Assembly: GCF_001949145.1 (NCBI RefSeq)
Contig: NW_019091361.1
Span: forward strand, 2,114,919 to 2,178,918
DNA length: 64,000 bases
Direction: 5' to 3'
DNA from: Acanthaster planci
Taxonomy: Eukaryota
Under the pieces are notes generated by a model, which was not told the origin of the DNA, searched no databases, and worked only from the letters and a program-made list of their open reading frames with translations. Below are positions 35,358-47,300 of the stretch, piece after piece. The position numbers were made by a program, and so were the translations under genes. Each line of letters starts with the position of its first letter. Within the stretch, counting starts at the first letter, position 1.

Positions 35358-38300
35358 CTAATGTAGAGAATGAACAAAACGTAAAGGAGACTAGATTTGT
35401 CCTCATTTCAACTGAGTGGCTGCGGCTACAAAAGCTATGGTATTNNNNNNNNNNNNNNNNNNNNNNNNNNNNNNNNNNNNNNNNNNNNNNNNNNNNNNNN
35501 NNNNNNNNNNNNNNNNNNNNNNNNNNNNNNNNNNNNNNNNNNNNNNNNNNNNNNNNNNNNNNNNNNNNNNNNNNNNNNNNNNNNNNNNNNNNNNNNNNNN
35601 NNNNNNNNNNNNNNNNNNNNNNNNNNNNNNNNNNNNNNNNNNNNNNNNNNNNNNNNNNNNNNNNNNNNNNNNNNNNNNNNNNNNNNNNNNNNNNNNNNNN
35701 NNNNNNNNNNNNNNNNNNNNNNNNNNNNNNNNNNNNNNNNNNNNNNNNNNNNNNNNNNNNNNNNNNNNNNNNNNNNNNNNNNNNNNNNNNNNNNNNNNNN
35801 NNNNNNNNNNNNNNNNNNNNNNNNNNNNNNNNNNNNNNNNNNNNNNNNNNNNNNNNNNNNNNNNNNNNNNNNNNNNNNNNNNNNNNNNNNNNNNNNNNNN
35901 NNNNNNNNNNNNNNNNNNNNNNNNNNNNNNNNNNNNNNNNNNNNNNNNNNNNNNNNNNNNNNNNNNNNNNNNNNNNNNNNNNNNNNNNNNNNNNNNNNNN
36001 NNNNNNNNNNNNNNNNNNNNNNNNNNNNNNNNNNNNNNNNNNNNNNNNNNNNNNNNNNNNNNNNCACGTCGTCATGAAGTGGCTGCGGCTACACAAGTTA
36101 TGGTATTGTGTACACAGTCTCTAAAGCTTTTTTGCCTCACATTCTGACGAAGCTGCTGTGGCTACAAAAGAAGCACCATGCACAACCTCTAAAGCTTTTA
36201 CGTCATATTGCCATGAAGTAGCTGTTCACAATGCCATAACTTATGTAGCCGCAGTCACTGCATGACGACGTGAGGCAAAAGCTTCAGAGACTGTGTGCAC
36301 AATGCCATAGCTTTTGCAGCCACAGCCACTTCATGACGAGTGGCTGAGGCTACAAAAGCAGCACCATGCACAACCTCTAAAGCTTTTACGTCACATTGCC
36401 TGAAGTGGCTGTGACTACAAGTTATGCTAATTTGCTCACAGGTAGTCTTTAGAATACTCTTCAGATTTTGATCAGATATGAAAGATCCCAAAACTTTCGC
36501 TGAATGCTATAATGGGATATCCCAACAGGGTTTTGCTTCTACACCAACTTGACTATAACCGGTACCATTTACATCTTTTTGAAGCCAAATTCAGTTTACA
36601 CAGAGCTGCTTAAGCACAGAATTTGCTTAAGCACAAAATAAACATGCTTAATAAACAAAGGTTACCAGCTCAAACTCTATGTGATTGTCATGCTAACCAA
36701 AAGACAGGTGAATACCACTCCAAAACAATATACATTGTTTCTCGTGTTTGAATTAATTGTTATTAATCTTTGGTTTCCTTTTAACTACATGTGTTACCAT
36801 TTTTGATGGGGGGAGGTTCGTTTCTGTTCTGTGAGGCATATCAGTAGTTTTTTGGGTTGCTCTTTTTAATGCACTTTTTGTAGTTAATTTTTTTCAAGTC
36901 TTGCTCATGTGATTTTTATCGTTGAGGTTTTCACATTTTTTTGCTGTTCTGTGATGCATGCCCACAGTTTATATTTGACATTTTCACGTTCTTAGAGGTT
37001 TTTTGTAATTTCAACGCTGGTTGATTGTAAAGCGCCTGGGAGCATTGATTTTAAATGGATTAGGTGCTGTATAAATCGACATTATTATTATTATTACATC
37101 ACAAGAAGTTTTGGTTGGTAACCTGATTTGTCAAGCAAGGTTTTTTTATGCTTAAATAAATTTTTCACTTAAGCAGTGCTATGAAATTGGCCCCGGGCTT
37201 TGAATGTTGCCAAACACGGTTTAAAAACAATGCTATAAAAATTTGGGAGAACTTTGGAAAAGAAACAATAGGTGTGTTTAGAACTAAATCTATTTATCAC
37301 ACGATTTATATCACGATTTCCCTCACAAACGTGTACAAATTTCTGTTCACAAGACATTGCCATTTGCTTGCAATTAAGAAGTCTACCTAAGCATGTGGGT
37401 AATTCCAGAAATCAGGGATCCATTTTTTTCAATGTACCTGTCACATCTGACATATGATTTCAGAAGTTCAGAAGACATTTTCTAATTTCCATGAGTGATG
37501 AATTAATGCAAATTACCTGCCAAACAAATAGCAACAGGTCGAAATCAATGCCGGTGAAATTTGCATGTCAAATAACAAAGGCCAGATGTAAAACGGACAC
37601 ACAAATGTCACACTTTTGGACCCCTAATTTCTGAAATTACCCATGTACGTTGCACACCTTGTTTACAGGGGTTTGGGTTTTCAAAATCTTGGCTTTGTTC
37701 CTGTCCTTGGTTTTGAGATTTAGTTCAATAAATCCATTTCCTGCTCCAGGAGTATCGCATCATCTGTTCATGAGGTCAACGTCTGGAGTACATGTACTTT
37801 CGGTTGTTTCAAACAGCAATATGTGAAACCAATAATGGAATGGAGGTACAGCTGAGTGTGAAGCCAAGATTTATGGGGCCTGTTTGTTTCACATGGATCC
37901 GAATCTGGATCAATGATTCCTTGTTGGTTCACTGACACCAGGACCAGCCCAACGGGATGGAGCAAAGTAGCATTGGGATCACTGATCATGATCCAGGTCT
38001 GTGAGAAACAAACAGGCCCATGAACTGGATAGTTACTGTACCATGCACCCTGGACTTACTGGTTTGCTCCTGCATGGCGGGGGGATCCCCTCCCCCTCGG
38101 CGCCTGCCTGTAGACGACCGAGTCACGACTCTGGGCATTGTTCTCACAGCAGCGCATGATGGTGACAATTTTGATGACGTACAGGATGCCACAGAGCCAG
38201 CTGGAGCCCAGCTTGACCCAGAATGGAGGCCAGGTACGGTGAAGGGACTCCAGGGAGGCCTCCTCGGGTCTTTAAGAGGGGGTGAAGGGCAGAAAAGTAC

Positions 38301-41300
38301 TTTGAGCTTCTGAGGCATCTTCCAGAATGTTCAATTGTGACCTTTGGTGCAATTTTGAAATCTACCCGAAATCGTGGGGAGAATTTGTTACACATAAAAA
38401 TGCAACACTGACTTTATGGGCGACTTCAAATTTCCCAGAGTAAATTGATATCGATGCAAATCATTAAAACTGGCCACAGCATAATGCAGATCTTCCAATG
38501 GGAAACTTTGAATGCCTTCTCCACTACACCGTGTGTATGAACATACTTCTGCGGTGTACATGTACCAACCAAAGATGGCCGTCTTACCTGTACCAGTTGG
38601 TGAGGGTCATCATGACATACAGAGATGCTAGTGCCAAGGTCAGGTGGAAGAAAGAGTAGCTGTAGATGACGCCATCTCTCTCGTTGTGGATCAGACCCCA
38701 ACTCTTATTCTGTGGGTGGGATGATCCTTCTGCAGACCAATCAGGAAGAGGCGAAGACTGATTTGTGTTTCCGTGCAAAAATGCAATGCCAATTGGTTAC
38801 ATAACCACAACCAGTGTTAACATTGACACAGTGAAACCTGGAAGACCAAGTTTTTTTTTCAGACCATATCTCGATTGTTCCATGTCTGATCTTTTTGAAG
38901 CTCGGCGTACATGAAAACACATTCACTGATCTGAAATTTACAACCCAAGGATGATGTTGGGGACAAAAGGTGTTTTTTTCAGGTGGACAGGAAGATAGCA
39001 TTAATGCCAATTAGCAACAGTGTGGAAATGCAACAGAATACACGTATCCAAATCACTGTGCACAGTTAAGATTAAGAAGATGACTTACCCTCTTTGTGGC
39101 TTGTGGATGAAGAGCAACACCAGCACATGCTAGAACTAGCTTTTGGTCGTGGTGCGGCAGCCTGAAAAGATCGTTGGAAAAAGTTGTTTCACTAGTGTCG
39201 GAGAATTCAATCCTCCAAAAGGTTTTCTTTGGCTGCATATCAAGCAGTAACTTTTATCTGCTAAAGAATCTGCTTTATGTTATAATATATGTAGTCAACA
39301 TATGGGGAAAAAAGGCTTTTTCTAATTAATGTTCTCTTCATTTTCTCTTAAAACTATTATCTTGCCATTCCCAGGTTTCATAGACAATCTGAAATGATGC
39401 GTACCACGGTAAATTTACACCAAACATCAACTTTCACCTCTTTGAGATCTGCTAAACTTCAGTACCCATAAACATCAGGAAACACGGAACAGAGCTGATG
39501 CAATTATTGATTCTAAGATGAATTGTCTCAAAACTTGCCTCACAGTTTCAAGGCAAATGAAAATGGATGAGAAAATGCAACTGGACCAACCTTTCTAACA
39601 CAGGTTTTGTTCTGTCAAATGAGTCGATTGCAGCAAAGTCATTCAAATAAATCCGCATGTCAAATAGTTAGTTCTCAGGCAATTCCATGCAAAGTGGAAA
39701 GCTACCATTCATTTATCAAACTCATTATTATTTGTACAGTGTAACTAATCATAAAGAAAAGAATTGCTAGTGGACATAATAGCGCCATTACTTTACTTCC
39801 AATTTTATTATATTTATTTCCACTTTTCTCTTATTTTCTTCTTTTTTTTTCTGAGGTTAGTAATGGCATGCCAAATTTTCACCTACACATGGAATTGCCC
39901 CTGTGCAAATCAAATACCAAGCAAGTTACATGCACTCACTCGCTGGCTTCTGCCATTAACGCTAGAGCCAGTGAAGTTGAGGGCAGTCCCTGCAGACCGA
40001 ACACTGCAGGCAACAGAACCAAAGCGGGCAATAGAATTCAATCGTATACAAGGCAACAGAAAAGCATGCACAGACACCACTGCAAATAGAAAAGCAGAGT
40101 TTACCATTACTGTACATGGGTGTCCCCACGTGGGGGGGGGGGATTGCCAGAGGTGCATCCCCTCCCTGGAAAATAAAAATGAAAAAAGGAAGTACAAGCG
40201 AAAGAAACTCCCCCCCCAGTGGAAAGGGAACAAAAATAACTAACGTGCTTTGAAACACCACAGAAATGATCTCTTTTCCAGGATGCTTGTTGAGATGCTG
40301 TTGATGAGTGATTTGTCCCCCACCACTCCTGGAAAACACACCCATGTTACTGCAGGAGAACTGCAAACTTAGACTTGGCTCCAGCCTAAGTTAATGATTG
40401 GTTCACGTGTGCTTTTGAGAGCAAGACTGGAGTTCAATTTCCCAAATCAATCATGACACTGGACCTCATTGCAAAACCCACATCTGCAGATTTAGACAGG
40501 AGCATTTTCCACTGTTCCAGGAACCAGGCATACTGCAGCTTTGTCAAAGGTCAGAGGGGGGGAAGCTCCCCTAATAACCACATGTAAAGGGAAGCTGAAC
40601 AGGTGGTGTACATGTCAGTTGCAACAAAACCAAGAAAAATTTGACCGGAGAGGGACTCAAAACGACATAGCATGAGTACCTTAGTGGGGAAGTGCTGATG
40701 CACTTTTGTGACAGTACTGATTTTGGGGTCAATTTTGCTTCGCTGCATCAAAATCGAGCAAACAAACAACACCCCAACAACTGAACAAAAAACAAAACAG
40801 TAATAGACCGTATTCACGGCCCCCCCAATTTCAGTCATATTCCCCAACATAGTGTATTTATCGGGAAATGTTAAATTCAAAGAACCAGACTATATTCTAC
40901 GATTTCATTCCGACCCCTAAAATCACCTGGTACCATCCCATTACGCGTTGAAAGTTTATACTGTACTTAAGGAATACGACTGAAATTAGGGATGCTGCAA
41001 ATACGGTCTATTCTGTTCTCCTGCCCATGAGAAATAGGACAAGTACCTAACCACTTGTACAGCTTTACTGCTCTCAATGTGATGCAAACACTATTTTTGT
41101 TAGTGGCAAAAATCAAAAGCTATTCAGGAAAGATCACACAAGGAAATAAAAAAATATCAGCAAAAATAAAGACTTTCTAATCTGATAGGTCAGAGAAAAA
41201 TTCACTTCCACGTGCAAACTATAAATTGCTGAGGACCATGTCATGTGCAGTTGGAACATCGTTTCTGCAACACGTCTGTTCCTTGTGTGACCTGCTGGGT

Positions 41301-44300
41301 TGAACTGAATTATGCATGCTTTCAAGACATGCTACATGTATATCAAGCTGCCTACATACACGTGATGGGTTAGTGTGTTTCATTTGAGGGTGATCAGTTG
41401 AATCTGTAGGCCGTACCTACCATCCATCCACTATTTATTCAATGAAATGCACGTGTGACCAAACCTTACAAAATGAAGCATAAGTTCCGAGAGCTGCTGG
41501 ATTTTTTTTCACAATTTCAATAGCGAAAGCTGTCAAACAGTTTCACATTCATATCTCCATCTGCCCATGCAGATAAAATCAATCTACATGTATACATACA
41601 TGTGAGATGTTTTAAAAGTGCTCTTGTAAGCACATTGTTTCAAAGGTCCTCATTTTGGAGGATCCAGCTAAACAACATTCCTGTTTTATTCCAAGTTGTG
41701 TGTTGAGTAATTTTACAGTGACAAGGAAAAGCAACAAGCACCAACTCAAAGCCAGTCAAGCTTTGTTCTTCTTTCAGGTTTTGTTTAGATGAGGACACTT
41801 CCACTAAGTGTCCAGAGGGTTTAAATCTATGTATTAAAAAGGGTTGCAGATTAAACGTCCAATGAAAACAAATTATCTTGGCACAGCATAGACTAAATAA
41901 CCCGCGTACCTTCACCTCTGCATTGCATCTGAAAGATAAGAAATTGCTCCAGAAAGGTGCATATGAGATTGGAAGCTAAATTGCAGTTGATATTCCTCAT
42001 TTCCCAAGAGCATCCAGAATTACCAATTATGGTATTAAGCTGGTATTACAACATTTTAATCATTCACTGATTTTACAAAACTATTTTCGAGCCTTCTTAA
42101 AGACAATGAGAGGTTGTGCAGCATTGTGTTAATAGAAACTGGAAAGCTGGCAAATTCAGTATCAGGCGCTTGACTTCAACAATGCACTTGTTAGACTGGA
42201 GACAAGCAAGCAATCAAGCAACACATTGACCATGCCATGCATAACAGGCACAGAGGGGAGTTTGCTGTGTGTGGCTGTCTTACACTTTGTCTGCCTGGCT
42301 TGTGATTGCTTCTCCTATGCGACATGCTAGTCCAAAGGCTAAAAAAAATCAAGTGGCAGAAAATGCAGTAATACATTTACTCAACATATTTATATTAACT
42401 GTTTATCAAGGATCTTCAGAAAGAGACCAATTATTGTAAGAACTACTGATGATTGATTACCAAAGCATTCCGAATTCTATGCTACACCTGCTTCAGATCA
42501 AACTTGCCAGAGGATAATAAGATTTTAAAACGCACACTTCGGGGAATGATCACGAAATTGACAGGAAGTCTAAATCATACACGAATACTTGAGCATTAGT
42601 ACTTTGCCCTTCTATTTTTAACCCTAACCCTCCTGAATCCTTCACCTGTTGGAGGATTGAGGAGGGTTAGGGTTAAAACACACAATGATGCAGAACCGGT
42701 TAATGAGCATAATACATGTGTCATGTGTTATCAAAACACCTTCAGTCACGCATGACTGATGGCCTCATTATTATTATAGGAATTAAGGTTGGACGGATTA
42801 CAAAAAAGGAGCCGTATTCCTGCAGAAGGCTCACAGAAAAAGAAATCCCATGTGACCGTGGGAGCAGAAGGCCAAATTGAGCTCACCATGCATACAGCAC
42901 CATGCCAAGCAACAAAATGGCCGCCACCATCGCATTAACCAGCTCCGTGTACATGCTGTTCATGATGAAGGTCGAAGCAAAGCCGCTGCCCAGACCACAA
43001 GTGACATAGGTTGTGTTGTAAACGCTGTGGGTCCCGTTATCAACCAGTAGGCTTTTGACTGCATGCAGACAAATGGTAACAACAGATCGAGGCTGGGTCT
43101 GAAGTACTTGGCTGTGGCTAATTGCACGCGCATGACATTGTAACAATACATGCTGCAAGAATTTAAATTCCTTTTGAGAGTCAACATTTAGTCTCCGTTC
43201 TGACTCGACCCATTTTACGTCACCTTCTTCCCCAACTTCTCATAAGAATTGTACAGCGTTCTCGTGGACAAGAACTCACCAGACAGACACTTGAAAATAT
43301 TCAGATAAGAATCGTACAAAGTTTCACAGGGCAACCCTGACCTGGGGATGGCCCCTGCGGCAAACAGGCCAGACAGTGGGGACAAGGTTGAACCAAATTC
43401 AACCTTTAGAAGCTGCTTGAATGCTTTTTTTTTAATGTGTGGGGAATGATTTCAATTATGAGGCTTCAAATCACACTGTAGTCGTGTGGTGCTGCAAATA
43501 GACAGGTGCATAACAAACAAATTATGTGTATTGGGAAATGGTGGTACACTTTGCTATGAACTGCTCCCATCAGAACAACTTGAACTTTGAAAAAACCCAC
43601 AAGGCACATATGTGTTTCACTGATTTTGAACAGTCAACATGGCTTACCTTCCACTGGCGGTTCAACTAGAAGTGCAGACCAGGTCAAGTACATGATGTAG
43701 GCTGACACAATGGATGCCTGCAGGAGACCACCTCGTGGATGACCTGTCATGAACAATTTATTCCACCTTCATGTACATGTATATGAGCTCCTTAAAAGCA
43801 TATTTGTCAAAACCAACAGTGCCGAGCCAAATTCCCTCCTCCACAGCAAGAGTGTTACAAATTGTGAAAAATATTTTCATCCCAAAAACAGAAAGTTCAA
43901 TTATTTGGGCTTTATCAGAAATGGAAACTCAGCATTTTTCTACCTGAGGGGTAAGCAATGTGCTAGGAATATCACATGCCTCACTGGTGTAAAAAAAAAG
44001 GCTGTTCCACATCTCATCAGCCACAGTTGTTACAAGTGTGTATCCAAAAGGCCTTGGCATGTCAGTACCCAGCTGCATTACAACGCGTGTGGCATTTCAA
44101 TTCAGGATGTCATCCACTAAAAGGCAGAAGCTACTCTTTTATCACACTGTAGCACAGAAACCCCAAAACACAGTTTGATTACCCACTTTTTGGCAGGCAG
44201 GGCATGATGGAGAAGACACTGACGAATATGCAGAGTACGAAACTCAGACAGGAGAAGAGGATGTTACGGACGCACTCCGCTCCGGCAGCAAAGTAATGGA

Positions 44301-47300
44301 GAAGAAAGACCAGCATCCCGACGGAGACGGCATAGAAGAGAACTATGAAGAAGACCAAGGCTGCAAAGAGAAAGGAGGACATGATTGGGCCCGTTAATAT
44401 TAATGTAGTGACCTGTAATTTATTGCCCTTAACTTATTGCACGGAAAACTACACATCTAATTAGTTATGCAGCCCAGAAACCACTTTACGCTTTCCATGA
44501 CCCATGCCAGAACATCCACCGTAGCAAACAGCTCTTTTGAAATCATGAGTCATGTCCCATTGAGGCCATACCCTTTAACTGACATCTAAGCATGAATTAA
44601 CAAAGTCAGTGAACATAGTTTTACTTGTGTTCCATGGGTAGTCCTGATGGTTTGCTTTAGTTTGGGTTGGGAGTGATGCGTAATCACACTTTTTATGAAT
44701 GGCAGAGCAATATGTTCAGAATCACTTTGAACAGTGCCTTGTGGCCTGTGGGTGTTGGTCTTTCAAGAACTCTCTAGCTTGTGGCCTTTTCGCCGCTGAT
44801 CAAGCAACGCCCAGGTAAGAAAGTTTTGCTCCAAAATTCCTCACTCTTCGTACCTTTTTCTGTTAGGAACCCTCACAGAGCTTATCATCATCATGACTGC
44901 TGATTATCATGGATCAGTTGGTCTTATACGTAAGGATAATGGGATTTTCATTCATTTTTGAGTGGTTTTATAATTGTAGTGTTTGGATTCTTTTGTGGTA
45001 GATTGCTGTGTCCCATACGTTATATACACGTACATACACAGTGCATGTCGCGTTGCATTTACACTGGGCATGGTGTACACAGCAGGCCTCGTGTGTGTGA
45101 CATCACACTGTGCACAGAACTCACCTACATACCACAACACCGACCCATTGTTGTCAATCTTCATTGACCTGCATGTACATGTTTGAAAAACAGAACAAAA
45201 AAAAAAGATTGATTTTACCACACATGTCAGTATCTCACTGAAAACTCCAGACAAACAGGAAGGACTTTGCAATGGATCTTTATCATCATGCTGCCATTTT
45301 TGTCTTGCCCCTGTATACCAAATGACAATAGTAACACAACTTTACCTATGGATAAAAGGAAGCAGACTATTGTTTCTTCCAGCTTAGTACACTGCTTTCA
45401 ATGGAGAAAAACAAGATGGCTGCCTCATGATCTTCAATAATTTTGTTTATAAATACTACACGGTGATAGTATTGAAAATGCCTCCAGGAGAGACACTTGG
45501 GTCCATGTATATGTGCTGAAAGGCTATCGCAATTAAGATTCATTTTAATTCAGATAAGGATCTAAAAGACACACAGCATATTAAATACACAAAGTCTTTT
45601 TCCATTCACGCTGTGCGAGCATAAGATGAATAAGGACTGTGGCAAAATTGTGTCACTTGAGACCGGACTTCAGAGGCAAACATTTTAGAATTCTACCAAA
45701 CGTTCAGTCTGAAATCACTCAAAATCAATCAACTCGTTTTAAGGCGTGCGATCGCACTCTTACACCATTGCACACCTAAAAGCTTCCCAAAAAGTGCGAA
45801 TGATTGCATGTCCGGAAACATCCCTGAGTGTTTTTCCCACACGCCTGCAATTTACAAATCATAAGTACTGTAGAAATTTCCTTTTTTAACAGATCTACGC
45901 AAACAGAAAGCGACTTTACTGGATAAAGTTTTGAAGAAATTCTAAAAAATCAAACTCATGACATCTTACATGCACACAGATGTGTACATACCATGGGGGG
46001 GTCTCTTGGGAAATTAAAGTGTTTGAGCTCTGTGACCTCAAATAGACTATTTTTTCCTTGTAGCCTGAATGGATGTCAACTTCAAAGGGCAACTTGACTG
46101 TTTTCATCCCATAAAAAGATAAAAGGTTCAACAACCCTAATTTCTGATAGGCAGGAAATCCATGAAACAATAGGCTGGAAACCTTAGCAGCAGGAAATAA
46201 CCACAATTTTTATTAAAAAAATATAAATGTAGTGTGATCAGGGAAGTGATAGTTAATTGGTTATGGGATGTGATTTGTGTTTATCTTCCAACATGTATTT
46301 TGCCTTTTGGTTTCGGGTTTGTACCATTCTCTTTTGCTTTATTTTTGTTTCGATGATGGCTTGTCTGCACAGGTAAAGAAAATGCATTCCTTTTGTTTTG
46401 ATTATATTTTTTGTAGCTCATCTTGACCAAATCCCACACATTTTGCAAACACACACAGTTTTTCTGCATTTTGGTCACTCAATCAGACTTGGAAGACTAT
46501 GATATCGAATCATAACTTCATGTGACATGCCATCAAAGTTGTAGTTTTGCAGTTCTGTATATATCTCCTGAACCACAAATTCAACTGGGTTAAAACTTGG
46601 CGTACACCCAATGGACGAGCAATTTGGCTGATGTCTTGATAACATCATTTTGAATTTTTTCGTCACTTGTTTTATTTTTCTAATGTTTAGATATTTTCAA
46701 AATGTCTTTGGCAAGACCTTTGATAATTCAAGTATGTAATTTATACATTTTTGTGATGTCACGATGACATAATCAAATCATCATATTCCCAAGACTGAGG
46801 CTTTTCACTCTACATGCCACGTAGCAAATGCACATATAACAAGGGAATTTTTTAACCTTGTAATTGCAGAACAAACCTATGTTCTTTTCAGACACAGATC
46901 TCAGCTTTCGTTTCTTTCTCCATTTTTATTTTCTTTTTTCATTTTCACTCTGCCTAGTTTATCAACCCTCCTGCTGACGAGACAGGGCCATTTTTAGCAC
47001 ATCCAAAGACATTCTTTAAGGTCGTGGGCAGCGTTACCATTTCTTATTCCACGTGTGGGCAAAATCCAGCAGCATCCAGAGCTGCATGAAGATGAAGACA
47101 GCAGCTCCGGCAAAGCCGATGTACAGCCCCACGCTCAGCATGATGTCTGAGATGGGCAGGAAGAATGACCCCACCACCAGGCCAACCATCACAGGCACCT
47201 TGTAGAACCAGCACCTGGTGACACAAAGATGCGATGAGGATCTTGGAAGCAAAGATTTTAACTTGGGGTGTACATGGGTGGCTCTGGGACACCTTACAGA

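Noticed and set aside
35308..36147. Long ORFs of 210-262 aa in the ORF track
   Set aside because: Artefacts of translating the N gap.
37986..38318. 110-aa minus-strand ORF as a separate gene
   Set aside because: Alternative frame over the SERINC last-TM exon; the conserved WVKxxSSW motif is in another frame.
45345..45392. Alternative candidate for the small SERINC exon ([14 protein letters not shown])
   Set aside because: Wrong entry phase and lacks the conserved WY; 45125-45168 fits both phases.
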